Source of the DNA: Octopus sinensis
Taxonomy: Eukaryota
Length of the DNA: 64,000 nucleotides
NCBI RefSeq assembly: GCF_006345805.1
Contig: NC_043006.1
Span: 91,946,001 to 92,010,000 of the forward strand
Reading direction: 5' to 3'
Each line of letters starts with the position of its first letter. Positions within the stretch are counted from its first letter, which is position 1. Positions 13,571 to 26,861 of this stretch are shown piece by piece. Made by a program: the position numbers and the translations under genes. Under the pieces are notes generated by a model. The model saw only the letters and a program-made list of their open reading frames with translations. It had not been told where the DNA came from and made no database searches.

Positions 13571-14430
13571 GTAGTTTGTTATCAGGGAGAAAATTCTATT
13601 ATCAATAATAACAAAGGGTAAAATTAATTAATTAAGAAGTATTTTGGTCTTTCTGGGAGTCCCTTTTTAAAATAGAAGAAATAGCTAAGGTTTTTTGGCT
13701 GCTATTCCTAAACTTCGGTATGTGGTAAAGCAAATCTTTGCTGAACCCTAATTATAAAGTATTACTTAAGTTTACCGTGAAATGGTCCTTTTTCATGCCG
13801 AATTCTACTTGGTGAAATTATTGATTACTTCTTAATTAATTAATAGAACTTTCTCCCTGATAACAAACTACAGATTTTTCAGTATTATTTTACTTGACGA
13901 CACACGCAGATGGGCAGTGGAAGGTGAAGAACCTCATTCGTATTTTGAATTCGGCCGTACTAACACTGAATATGATCTGTCTGATACCGTTAGGTGGAGA
14001 GATATGTTCAATTCTTCCAGTGCCTTAAAATTTAATATTTTTAATATTTAATATTTGGAGTCCCATGCTGATGAAGAAAATGGTTGGCTAAAGTATAATT
14101 CTATATTCTTTATACCGATCTAATTCCGAAACGCGTACGTGGGTGACCAGATATAGATTGATTTTCGTTATTTTTCTCTCTGCCTGCGTGGATTGTTTTC
14201 AAGTATTTTGGTTTTTCTGGGAGTCCCTTTTTAAAGTAGAAGAAATAGCTAAGGTTTTTTGGCTGCCATTTCTAAACTTCGGTATGTGGTAAAGCAAATC
14301 TTTGCTGAACACTAATTACAAAGTATTACTTAAGTTTACCGTGAAATGGTCCTTTTTCATGCCGAATTCTACTTGGTGAAATTATTGATTACTTCTTAAT
14401 TAATTAATTTTATCCTTTGTTATTATTCAT
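13571..14430 (+). mobile_element. ORF-less hammerhead-bearing element with ~205 bp direct repeats and an inverted 5' segment (PLE pseudo-LTR or retrozyme-like)
   Basis: 13637-13841 approximately equals 14201-14407. 13571-13600 is inverted to 13842-13871 and 13601-13641 is inverted to 14390-14430. Hammerhead at 14062-14143. Confidence 0.8.
14062..14143 (+). ncRNA. Minimal type I hammerhead ribozyme
   Basis: CCCATG-CTGATGA-AGAA...TTCC-GAAAC-GC-GTA-CGTGGG. Stem I is 6 bp, stem II is long, stem III is the palindrome ACGCGT, and there is an A-C mismatch at 10.1/11.1. Confidence 0.85.
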
Positions 14431-14728
14431 AAATATGTATATATGGAGGTTATGGGAGGTAATGGGGTCAATAAGACCCAAAGGTGTCAGGTAATGCTGA
14501 GTAAGTGCTATCGGTGATTATGCGAATAAGGAGTCCAACGTAGGTCATATATCAGCATGTGTATATATAAAAAAAAACATCTGAGAATGAAAACATACAA
14601 ACATTCATACAGATATACATACGTACATACATGCATACACACATACACACGTCTATTATCAATCCTCCACTTCACTCTCTATTTCCTATCTTAACTAAAT
14701 CAACTTTTGCTTAACCAATTTCTCACAC

Positions 14729-14778
14729 CGTCTCCGATGAAGGGATATAATAAATATCCTGGAAACAGCTGTAAGGCG
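14729..14778 (+). ncRNA. Minimal type I hammerhead ribozyme (U4C variant)
   Basis: CGTCT-CCGATGA-A-GGGATAT-AATAA-ATATCCT-G-GAAAC-AGCT-GTA-AGGCG; all three stems pair. Confidence 0.8.
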
Positions 14779-14836
14779 TTTTAAAATCTTCACAACCTTG
14801 GTTTTTTATCTCATTCTGAAAAAATTATATTATATA

Positions 14837-14890
<54 letters not shown>

Positions 14891-14904
14891 ATATATATAT
14901 ATTA

Positions 14905-15235
14905 AACAAGAAAATTCATTTAAAACAAGATTTTATTCTCATAAAAATTCATTTAATACCCAGAGAATAGAAAAAACCAGCCTAGCAAAATATGTCTGGG
15001 ACTAAAAGAAAAGGAAGCCCCACCTTTCAACGTGACATGGAGCATTCTGGACAGGGTGGCACCATACAGGCATGGAGCTTACAAAAATAATTTCAAATGC
15101 AAGCTTTGTCTATTAGAAAAAATGTACATCTTATTCAAAGACAATAATTCTTTGAATCAAAGAAGCGAGCTAATGAACTTATGTAGGCACGCGGCTAAAT
15201 TTAAAATGTCGAATATAAATATACCATATGGATAG
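14905..15235 (+). pseudogene. Penelope-like GIY-YIG endonuclease C-terminal fragment
   Basis: FKTRFYSHKNSF..SLAKYVW (frameshift) ..VTWSILDRVAPY..CKLCLLEKMYIL..LNQRSELMNLCRH, the typical PLE endonuclease end motif. Confidence 0.85.
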
Positions 15236-16296
15236 AGTATATATTTTGTACTTTTGATTTTGATTTTGACTCTTGAACGATGAGCGCTACGATGGATTTT
15301 GTTTCCAAGGAATGCGGATCTTAATCCGTATAGCAAAGTCTTATGTTTCTACATATATTAGGAAAAACCTCCAACTTTTGTTTTCATGTTATTGTATTAT
15401 ATAGGATTACCTTGATTATTTATATTACCTTAATTATTTATAAATGACCCAAAATAGAATGTTATATTTTATTTTATATGTCTTTCGTATATATTTTTAT
15501 TAATGCACCCATTTTTCTTTTAAAAAAAAGCAATGTTTTTTTTTAAAAAAAGCAATGTTGTCAAAATTAGAATGTTGATATGAGTATGTGCATAGCAAAG
15601 CATATGTATTTGTAAGCATGCGTATCTGTGTATGTGTAAGTGAAAGTATGTTTGTGCTTAAGCACACATATACACGACTGTATCCATTCAAACTTATGTA
15701 TGTATACTGGTCTCCATATATGCCATAATGCCGTTACACTGCTTGTATACATAATTTTTTCTTATTTCGTTTTTTTCCCCACACCTCCTTCGTTCCTTTT
15801 TCTCTCTCTCTCCCTTTCTTTCGTTCCCCCCTTACTCAGTATATGAGAATCGCTACATAGATCTTTTAACTTGCGTGCGAGATGGTTTTGCGTGAATATA
15901 TGTACACATGCTTTTATGTGTATATTTAGATTTATATTCATACGTCTGTATATGTATGGCGTTTGCACGCATAATTTTGTGTATGTTGATATATATATGT
16001 AGATTTTAATATAATTATGTATTGCAGTGTAATATTTATAACAGGTTTAATATCTATGCATTAATTTGCACTTTCTTCATTAACGTCAATGTATTTATTC
16101 AATGTAAGGTTTTTTCCTCGGATTTTATAATTTTTATAAGTTTTTTATATATATATATACATATATTTTTGACCTTTTTGTTTATCGCTCGAAGATTGAC
16201 CGTTTTTTCTAAAGGGCCAATCAAACAAGTCCATTTCTTTTTAAAGGTGTAGCGTTTGTAAGAGTATAGATTGAATTGATATATCAGTTCCATTCT

Positions 16297-16350
16297 AGCA
16301 AAAACTGTCTGATGAACGGCAACGAGAAACTCAGAGTAACAGATTTTGTT
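16297..16350 (+). ncRNA. Minimal type I hammerhead ribozyme with very short stem II
   Basis: AGCAAAAACTGT-CTGATGA-A-CG-GCAA-CG-A-GAAAC-TCAGA-GTA-ACAGATTTTGTT. Stem I pairs at 11 of 12 positions and stem II is a GNRA-capped 2-bp stem. Confidence 0.75.
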
Positions 16351-16494
16351 GAATTTTCTGCTGCTTAAAATAAAGCATATTACTCTACCACTGGTATTTG
16401 AGTACTCTTTTTTCCACCTTGTTTCACATTTATGTGTTTACTCCGGTATATATATATATATATATATACACATCCATGCACATATATATGTAGC

Positions 16495-16655
16495 AGTGAG
16501 TGCGTGGTGAGTAGCTTGCTTACCAACCACATGGTTCCTGGTGCAATCCTATTGCGTGACACATTGGGCAAGTGTATTCTACTATTGCCTCGGACCGACC
16601 AAAGCCTTGTGAATGGATTTGGTAGACGGAAACAGAAAGAAGTCCGTCGTATCTA
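16495..16655 (+). mobile_element. SINE family S1 head
   Basis: AGCTTGCTTACCAACCACATGGTTCC...TTGGGCAAGTGT...GGTAGACGGAAAC.GAAAGAAG.CCGTCG. Confidence 0.8.
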
Positions 16656-17544
16656 TATATACTTGACATTCGCATTTAATCCAAGCCCTCCAAGTACCCT
16701 ACACTCAGATAAGTACAAGATTACGTCCTCATTAATGAAACAACCTCAGTACTAAATAGGAAATATACATAGAAATGTCATAGTCAAATACCCGCAGACA
16801 CACACAAGGAGACAGGGTTACACACACAAATACACACATACACACACACATACACACCTACACACATACAATCACACAAACATGAACACAAACACACACA
16901 CTAGCACACAAAAACACAAATAAACAAACATCAACACAAGCGCATGGTAATGCAGAATACATACACACAAACGTGCACACATGCATAAATATATATATGC
17001 ATACACGCACACATATACGCATACATATACTTACACACGCATACATGCATACACATACATACATACATATAAACATACATACATACATTGATAGTGAATG
17101 TATGAAACATTAATGAAACTATACGTGCCGAAAAAGAAGGAACGCAGTTCCGATAACAGATAGAGTCAACGACAATTAAAAAATTTGCAAGTCGCAACGA
17201 AAATTTCAGTAAAATTATATAAGTAAATGAGTGGAAATCAGAATGGTGCGTGTGTTAAATTGATAAGGCATTAAAAGAGAATGACTCTCCCCGCAGCCAC
17301 AATAAAATACATAGATTGCTATATGTAATGGAGTAGACATAGCAACCAATTTCAAACTATTGTAATATAGTGTCCAATTCTATTCTATTGTATAATGGCG
17401 AACACACTTATGAATGTAAACATGGCCGTATGATTTGCTGGACACGGAAATGAATACAAGATGGAGAAGATTGCGAAGCGGTCGTAATGCTAGGAAAGTC
17501 ACGTGTTTAGTCATATCTATGTTCACCTCACACGATTTCTGACT

Positions 17545-17608
<64 letters not shown>

Positions 17609-17765
17609 CACTACTACTACTACTACACACACACACACACATACATGTATGTATATATATCATCGGTAACCACCTGCATTTTTGACATTAATCAGTTTCT
17701 CAAATCACAAGAATAGACAATCTTTGAACGTTTGATATCCGTTAATAGTAAATGACGGGCGATTA

Positions 17766-17821
<56 letters not shown>

Positions 17822-18228
17822 ATGTGTATGTGTGTGTTGTGTGTGTGTGTGTGAGTGTGTGTGTGCGTGTATGTGTGTTTATCCATGAACGCGCGCGTAC
17901 GCACAAGCACGTGCACATACATACAAGACAAATTTATTTACTATTTACATTTCCTGTCCTTTTGCCCTTTTGACATTTATGGTTACCATTTTATTTAGAG
18001 GATTTTTCTCTTTCCCTCTCCCTCTCTCACACATTCTCCCTCACTCTCCTTCCGTATATGTGTGCATGTATATAAACATATAAACATATCTGCTTCCTTT
18101 ATATTCCGTTTACGCACGCCTGCAAACACACACACACACAAACACATGCAAACACGCACACACGTATACACATACACATTAATATATGTGTGTGTCTGCA
18201 TGAATTTCTGTGTGTGTATGTATATACT

Positions 18229-18726
18229 TATTTAGTTTTATTTTATGATTTCTTGCCAATAAAGAAAGAGACGTTTTCACACTTAGATCCAAAGCCCCTT
18301 CATTGGAATTTCAGCATCAACAAAGTATTTTTGTATATATGTATGTATATATGTATGCGTGTTTTTATGTATGTATGTATGTATGTATGTATGTTTTATT
18401 TTAGGTATGTATTCTCATGCATATATCTAGATATGCTCATTTATACTTAAATGATAAACTACAGTTCTAATGATGGATTGGATGTATAGACTTCGAACCA
18501 GCTTTTTTCTTTCTGGTTTTGGGAAGCCTAATTTCTCAAGATTGGTATTTAGGCAGTGTGTTACATATACGAATACCTGAATTTGTAATCTGGATAGAGT
18601 AATTGCAAATTCCCCAATGGTTCAGCGTAGGTATTTTCTTTTTCGCTGATCTTCAACTTTATGTTAACATCCGCTGGGCAGCTGATATTCCCAACTCCAC
18701 AGTTTCTCTTCTCTATCCCAAATTAC
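18229..18726 (-). mobile_element. RLE LINE family B 3' fragment
   Basis: Minus translation IWDREEKL..SCPADVNIKLKISEKENTYAE matches 32190-32330, with the same 3' UTR; abuts a (TATG)n array. Confidence 0.88.
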
Positions 18727-18735
18727 GTATGTAAT

Positions 18736-18818
18736 GAGCATGTATGTATGTATGTATGTATGCATGCATGCATGTATGTATGTGTGTGTGTATATGTGTA
18801 TGTATGTATGTATGTATG

Positions 18819-18852
<34 letters not shown>

Positions 18853-19085
18853 TGTATGTATGCATGCATGCATGTATGTATGTATGTGTGTGTATATGTG
18901 TATGTATGTATGTGTGTGTGTATATGTGTATGTATGTATGTATGTATGTATGCATGCATGCATGTATGTATGTATGTGTGTGTGTATATGTGTATGTATG
19001 TATGTGTGTGTGTATATGTGTATGTATGTATGTATGTATGTATGTATGTATGTATGTGTGTATATGTGTATGTATGTATGCATGC
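18736..19085. repeat. (TATG)n array with higher-order periodicity
   Basis: TGCATGCATGCATG landmarks recur at ~18761, 18861 and 18951. Confidence 0.9.
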
Positions 19086-19455
19086 GTTTACATACTCGCA
19101 CATAACCCGGGCAGTTTTCTCCTGCATTAACCACACTATAAAATGTCTTCTTTCTTACTGTAGGATAACTGTGTGTATCATTTTAAAGTTTTTAGTAAAA
19201 AAGATGTGAATATTCTTCAATACGATGACAAGAAGAATATATAGAAATTACATTTCACGGATTTCATTATGATGTTTCTAGTATTAAAAAATCTAGTCTG
19301 CTGAGTCTAGTCCATGGCGAAACCACAAATACGCATTCGCGGGCTGAACTTTCTATCTCCGATCCATTCTCTTCACTTCGCTTAAAATTCTCCTACATGC
19401 ATGATACATACATACAACTACATACATAATACATACATATATAGTATCTATATAT

Positions 19456-19487
<32 letters not shown>

Positions 19488-19964
19488 TATACCTATATTT
19501 GGGGTACTTAGGTTGATCGTGGCTTTGTGTATCCTTGTTCCGTGTGTGCAAGTAAGTATCTCATTTATTTCTTAACGTATTTACCGCTGATAACGGAATA
19601 TTTTAGAAATTTCTGTCACTGTGCTTCGAATTGCGTGCTTTTAGTGATGAATTATATGTGATTATATAACGATTTAAAATCTATTTCTCGGAATTTTGGC
19701 ATAAGAATTTTCCTTTTGCCCTTATTTATAAGTTGTTTATAATTTTAACCTTAAAAGGAATTTTTTAAATATGCTGGCCACTGAGAAAATCTTTTTGAAA
19801 GTTTTATGCTATTGTAGATGTAATTTTACATACATATATATAATATATATATAACTATGCATCGCGAATCCTTCGGTGAAGCTGATTATCTTTATACATC
19901 TGTTTATATATTGTTTAATGATGGCACCATTATTCCTTATATATTTATATTACCGTTAAGTTTC

Positions 19965-20100
19965 TACTTGTAATAAGAAGCTTGCTTCCCAGCCACATGG
20001 TTTCAGTCCCACTGCGTGGCACCGTGAGGTAATTTCCTCTACCAAAGCCTTGGGCCGACCAAAGCTTTGTGAGTGGAATTGGTGGACGGAAATTAAAAGA
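19965..20100 (+). mobile_element. SINE family S1 head
   Basis: AAGAAGCTTGCTTCCCAGCCACATGG...GGCCGACCAAAGC...GGTGGACGGAAA. Confidence 0.75.
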
Positions 20101-20116
20101 AATAGATAGATTATCG

Positions 20117-20197
20117 TTTACTACAGCTGTTTCGGGCGTGTTTTGTTGATGAACATAAGTTTTACATCATGCAAAAACGCCATTTTCATCAGGTTAA
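20117..20197 (-). ncRNA. Minimal type I hammerhead ribozyme
   Basis: Minus: TTAAC-CTGATGA-AAAT-GGCGT...ACGCC-C-GAAAC-AGCT-GTA-GTAAA. The core is intact; stem I is weak and the base of stem II is bulged. Confidence 0.7.
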
Positions 20198-20272
20198 TAC
20201 AGAGAAGAATTAACAGTTAGACCTTCTCAAGCAAGAACAAGTACATAATGCCAGATGACTCGATATAGAATC

Positions 20273-20321
<49 letters not shown>

Positions 20322-21954
20322 TTTGTGTGTGTGTGTGTATGTATGCATGTGTGTGTGTGTGTGAATGTACTCTCGTTGCTAATATGTTGTACATTTTCCC
20401 TTGTTTCTCTTAAATCGTAATCTAAAAATCACTCTGTAACTTCGTTTCCTCCTATCGCACGCATTCTCATAACTAATTCCACAGACAGAGATCTCTTCTT
20501 CTCTCTCATCTTTTTATGCATAAACAATCTATCATATAACATAGGTGACCCTAGAAATGACTTTGAATCACAATTACTGAAGTAGACATTAGTCAAACTC
20601 TGCAGCAATTCTTCATTTCGCTATTTGATTTATAACTTCTAATGACCGATGCTACAAAATTTCATGTTTCCTTTACAAGTTTGCAAAATTGCACATGCTA
20701 ATACAATAACAGTCGTGTATTACAATACATCTAGTATTTTCACCACTCCAGCGACACCACAAATCCAGCATTTAGGTAAATGTTCTTTGAATAATTATTG
20801 ATCTATATATAGACTACCTATAATAACAATCGTAAATTCAGGTAAAATTCTATTTATAGATTTCATTCCGGTCTTCTTAAGAACAATGTCATTAATTTTA
20901 CTCAGTATAAAACCATTGAAACCATCTAATACCATCTAATAACCAGAACCATATATCCTACCGGCGGGCAATCGATGTTTTGAAAACGCACTTAATCACA
21001 AATATTCGAGCAATGTACAGTTACCATACTTATTTTGTCATATTGTCTTTCAGAATTCCGTTGCACAACATCACATTTTTGTCTTGTCCCTTAAATTATT
21101 TTCTGGTACATATTCATATTAATTAGCATCACACGCATTCACACGTACACACACACTTCTACATATATATGATAATGAGGTAATTATACTTTCCGAAAGA
21201 GTCAGAACTATTCCTTTGTATGGACTCAGGTTTATTTACCGATTTTACGTCTCTTATTCGACATAGATTGCACTAGTTTAAATACATTTCTCATATTTTG
21301 TAAGTTGTGCACTAAGAGCTGCGATACGTTCCTTTAATTTTGTGTTTCCGTTTCGTATTTGTCCCTCGTGCACACCAGATCAATTTTTTACTGCATAATT
21401 CTTATTACGAGATATAACATATAATTATATTTTGAATTCCTTTGAATGTCTCTCAGACGTTCATTAATATCTTTAATGTATTAACAATAACATTAATTGT
21501 AATTAACGATTAAATCTTAAATCCTCCAAATGCATTATTTTTACAATTTAGACGTTCACTTTCGGCAACATTTAATTTACTGTTCGTAACGTATCGTTCG
21601 GGCGAGAAAAAGTTGCTATAGAATTTTATTTCTCTGATAAAATCTTTATGATATGCAACCGCAGTGAACTAGTTGAACTTACATTGTTCTCCGCATATTA
21701 ATATATCACTTATATCTAAATTTCGGAGGCGATTTATGCAATTATACAGACGCAAGTTTAACGTTATAAAGATTTAGCCCGTGCACCGTTACGTAGCGAA
21801 ACATATTAAAGGAAGTTCTGATGCCAAGTTTTCTATATACGTAAAGTTTGGCATCGTTTTTCACTCGAAAATAATGGAACGAATTATCTTCAATTCGATA
21901 AGAACAATTCTATCATGATATTCATATATTAGTGTATTTCTTATATGTGTCTAG

Positions 21955-22405
21955 CGCAGGAATTGCTGTGTGGTAAGAAGTTTGCCTCTCAACCACAAGG
22001 TTCCGGCTTCAGTTACATTGCGGGGTACCTCGGGCCAGTGTCTTCTACTATAGCCTCAGCCAACCACAGCCTTGTGAGTGTATTTAGTCGACAGAGACTG
22101 AAAGAAGCTTGTTGATATATGTATATGTATATATATATGTATGTATGTATATGCATTTGTATACATTTATATATATGTATACATGTGTGTGTGTGCGTGC
22201 GTGTGTGTCTCCTATTATCATTTGGGAACCGGTATTGGTATGTTTACGTCCCCTAAACTTAGCAGTTTGGCAAAAGACAGCGATAGAATAAGTATCAAGC
22301 TTTAAAAAAAATTACGAATTGGATGTGATTCTCTTGAATAACAATTATCCAAGGCGGTGCCCCACCATGGCCGCAGTCCAATGACTGAAACAAGTAAAAA
22401 ATAAG
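21955..22405 (+). mobile_element. Near full-length SINE family S1 with internal (TA)/(TG) tract
   Basis: Head 21955-22110, microsatellite, then tail ..TTTACGTCCCC..GGCAAAAGA..GATAGAATAAG..CATGGCCGCAGTCCAATGACTGAAACAAGTAAAA. Confidence 0.85.
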
Positions 22406-23679
22406 AAATAGACTCTAAAAGCTGCTGTCAACTTGGAAATTACCATTTTAATAGAGTGACTAATTGTAAAAGACGAGGGATTTGTCCAAAGGAAATTTTA
22501 CATAATTTTGTAACTGAAGCAAAACTTGCAAACGTTTTCTATTTCCTCCTTTACGTTCTGTTATATTATTTTTTCCAGGGTATATTGCGTTGTAATTTTA
22601 GGATACAAATAAGAAAAAGATAAAAGTTTAAACCTTTAATTTGTAACATAAACTGTAGTTTATTTTAATATATAATTGCTCAACTTTAGGAGGATAATCG
22701 ATAAAGGTAGTCTAAGTTAAAGAGTTTTATTTTCCATTTTCAAAATTAGAAATTGCACTGAAATATCTACATCAAATGTGATTAAAACTTTCTCATAGAA
22801 GTTTGTCTGGAATGCTTGGAAAGAGAGTCTCTCGGTACAGTTTTTCAGGGGCATTATGGCCGTCCATTTCTAATACACAAACTTATCTTTTCATTATTCT
22901 AAAAATATTTTCTAAGAATAGAATAAAGAAGATCTCACGAAAATTAGAAAATGCATCAGAGACTTTGCGTCTGATGGAGTATAGATTATCGTTTTAAATT
23001 ATATGATTTCAAATTAATAAATGTTTTATAGCTTAAATAGATGGTGAAGGCAAATATTACTAATTTTAAAATTTCAGTCTCATCGCAAAGGTAAAGAATA
23101 GTAACATTGGATGTGTTAGAAACCATTCAACCACTAGCTCTGAAGAATTTATTTCACCATAAATATCACAGAAATATTGTTTGGAAGCATATTGCAACGT
23201 TTAAATTCTTAGTTGATGTATTTAACTATATTTTACATACACACACACAAAACTATTTTATGTTTCTAACACTTTTTGTTATGAACTTGAAACGTAGTGG
23301 ATTTGATTTATGAACTGTTTGCAGATGTGTAACGAAAGGGTTTATCATTTCATAACATAATACCATAAAAAATCACAACAAAAGTCAAGAATCAGGTAAA
23401 AAAATGGGAAAGAGAAATTATCTGATCGTTTCGGTATCAAAATACGCTCTCGGTGCAAGTCGCGTGAGAAATAAACAACTACAACATGGATATTCTTGGA
23501 TATATTTTAAACGCAATATTTACAGACTATGTATACATATATTTATACAACCCCACCCCACACAAGACTCCTGATATGAAATCGTGTGTTGAAACTGATA
23601 TTGTCGTATTTCGGGATGGTCATTTTTTTGCCAAATAAACACACGCACTATATATATACATATATATATACATGCATAC

Positions 23680-23753
<74 letters not shown>

Positions 23754-23771
23754 TCTTTTTTCACTCGTTTA

Positions 23772-23971
23772 TTATTTTATTATTTTAACACATGTACCTT
23801 ATCCTGAAATCTTTCGTCACACGATTGTGAACCTGTGACCTCTTCAGCGACACTTTTCGTTTTCGTGTGTGTTCTTGCTCACTTACTCCATTCTAAGTGA
23901 CGCATGAACACACACGAAAAGTGTGACGAAAGATTTCAGTACAAGATGCATGTGTTAAAATAATAAAATAA
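23772..23971. repeat. ~200 bp imperfect fold-back containing a hammerhead-like core
   Basis: TTATTTTATTATTTTAACACATG..CTGAAATCTTTCGTCACAC pairs with GTGTGACGAAAGATTTCAG..CATGTGTTAAAATAATAAAATAA. Inner arms are TTTTCGTGTGTGTTC and GAACACACACGAAAA. Confidence 0.85.
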
Positions 23972-24266
23972 GAACAGTTACAAAGGAGTGAAAAACGAAA
24001 TATATATACATAGTGCCTGTATCGGGCACAATAAACATCTCAAAATACAACAATATATATATATATATACACACACACACATACACATATATACATACAT
24101 ATATATGTATACACACGCACAAACACACACACACACACATGCACATATATACATACTTATATGTTCATCCATCTATCTATCTATCTATCTATCTATCTAT
24201 GTATCTACACACACACACGTACATTATATATAGTTGTGTGTGTACGTATACACATATACTATATAA

Positions 24267-24320
<54 letters not shown>

Positions 24321-24950
24321 TACTTATATATATTTGTATATATTTATATATCTGTGTGTGTGTGCATGTGAAATATACATGCATTTCAGATTTGACTTCC
24401 CTATATATACACTCACTCGCTCATTTCCAGGTAAATTTGAATTATGTTAGACCCCATATATCACATATAATTCTTATATATTTTATTCCCAAAATGATAT
24501 ATTTACAATTATTACTTGACATACGTTTAAAATCAAGGACATGCACACTCAGCTAAAATTCTCAGGAGAAATTTTGATGCTTCGTTTGTCATATAAGAGT
24601 CAGTAACTTTACCTTTCAAACGAAAATCCTTAGACCCGATTGTCTTTAATATAATCTCAACGATTCTAACTTGATACTCACATGTCATTGTACATCTTAT
24701 ATCGATGAAGGTTCTGTTGACCTCAGAGTTCGAGTAACCAATCCCTTGGATCCTGATGTGCAATTTGATAGATTGATTAATCGTAAAAGACAAGTGCTTC
24801 GCTGAAGGAAATTTTATATTGCTTTCAAACAGATGCAAATGTCCCTAGGAGTTTCTACTTCCTGCATTTTGTTCCTTATTTATTTTTGATATATTACATT
24901 CGATTTCAGGAATTTTTCATATACAGTTATATTTATGTGTATATATATAT

Positions 24951-25022
<72 letters not shown>

Positions 25023-25693
25023 GTTTTGTGTGTAATGGGAAAATAAACCGAAGTCTTTTAGTTTTAACGCACAATGTAGCTTATTTGTAAAATGTAATTG
25101 TCACTCCAGGATGTTTCAACAATAATCGATACCGATAGTCTTTGGTAAATAGTTCTTTTTTTTTTATAACCAAGAAAGAAATTTCTGTACAGGTTTTACA
25201 ACAAATCTGATGAGAATCGTGTCAGGACAGAGTTCTGCTTGAAATACTCATCCGGTTTAACATCAACACCTCGAAACGTGGATGCATTTAGCGGAGACTG
25301 GTGTGTCGCAAGCGCTCGGAACAGCTCACGGTTTGAGAATATATATACACCAATATCCCAGTAGTTTCCGAGGACGTGTGAACGATCATGTGACTGTAAT
25401 TACCCTGACTAAATGATAAAAGAAAGTTTAGATGCTGGAGCTTCCGGGGCTCAGTGTTTAAGATTTTATAGAACTTTACATTAAACCTGATACTTATTTC
25501 AACGTGAGTTCGTCGTGATCTGATATAGTTTCCATCCAGCTACGTTAAACGAAACTTATGTAAGGTATCTTCAATATTCAATCGGCTTTCGTAACGGGTA
25601 TACATACAAACACACACATTCATATATAGATATGTATATATATTTGTGTGTGTGTGTATGTGTGTGCGTTTGTATATATATATATATATATAA

Positions 25694-25877
25694 TCAATAA
25701 TAATAAAGGATAAAATTAATTAATCAATTAAAAATTAATAATTTTACCAAGTAGTTCGGTATGTTAAAAGAACCATTATCGGTAACCTTATACAAAAATT
25801 TTATAATTATAAGCATAATTATAATTAGGGTTCAACAAAATTTGCCTCACCACATCCCGAAATTTAGAAATAACAGT
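25694..25877 (-). mobile_element. Copy of the PLE-type repeat family (13637/14201/40070)
   Basis: Reverse complement shares CTG.TATTTCTAAATTTCGG.ATGTGG..GCAAAT..TGAACCCTAATTATA..TACCGATAATGG..TACTTGGT.AAATTATT. Confidence 0.75.
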
Positions 25878-26140
25878 TATATACTATTCCACTACCATAA
25901 GATATACGGATAGGTATATAGACTATATGAACAGACACATATGGAGACACGGATCCACACATATAAAGATACACATCTATACATACAAACATGGTACATA
26001 GTTACATAACACACACACACAAGGAGACGGAGGTGCATACACATACAAACACATGCTCACACACACACATAGAAAATATGCAGGATAAGTACATACAAAT
26101 GCACACACATACATACATACATACATACATACATCATACA

Positions 26141-26171
<31 letters not shown>

Positions 26172-26281
26172 GCATACACACACATATATATACATACATA
26201 CACATGCAAACACACACACATACATACGTACATGCATGCATGTATAGGCACACACGCATACTGACCCATTGACCCACACAC

Positions 26282-26448
26282 AAAAGGGAATGCAGTGTAA
26301 ATAACGGACAGAGTCAAGACTATTGAAAAGGTTGCAGGACGCAACGAAAATTTTAGAAAATAAAAATAAGAAATAAGTGGAAATTTTACCGGTGAGTGTG
26401 TTAAATAATAAGGCACTAAAAGAGAATGACTCTCCCCAGACACAACAG
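26282..26448 (-). mobile_element. Inverted copy of the 13313-13481 repeat
   Basis: High identity by eye over ~165 bp. Confidence 0.85.
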
Positions 26449-26517
26449 AATATGCTTCAACACACGAACTCATATAAATAATCTTGCAAACCAAATCCAA
26501 AAGCGAAATATATATAT

Positions 26518-26789
26518 CACCATCAAATGTTGTTACACATCGCTGGTCGCAATGCGTTCGCATTGTTTTAGCCTTCGAATGACGCCACCCCGCGAGCAGG
26601 CCAACAGAAGAAAGAATGGGAGAAAGAGTGGTGAAAGAGTACAGCAGGGATCATCACCCCCTGCCGGAGCGTCGTGGAGCTTTTAGGTGTTTTCGCTCAA
26701 TAAACACTCACAACGCCCGGTCTGGGAATCGAAACCGCGATCCTGCGACCGCGAGTCCGCTGCCCTAACCACTGGGCCATTGCGCCTCC
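26518..26789 (-). mobile_element. tRNA-derived SINE (family S3)
   Basis: Minus head GGAGGCGCAATGGCCCAGTGGTTAGGGCAGCGGACTCGCGGTCGCAGGATCGCGGTTTCGATTCCC has A and B boxes, followed by a ~200 nt body. Confidence 0.85.
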
Positions 26790-26822
26790 ACACACACACA
26801 CACACACACACAATACACACAA

Positions 26823-26861
<39 letters not shown>

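Noticed and set aside
25204-25290. CTGATGA-GA...TC-GAAAC hammerhead-like string
   Set aside because: No NUH triplet in register after stem III (GTGGATGC).
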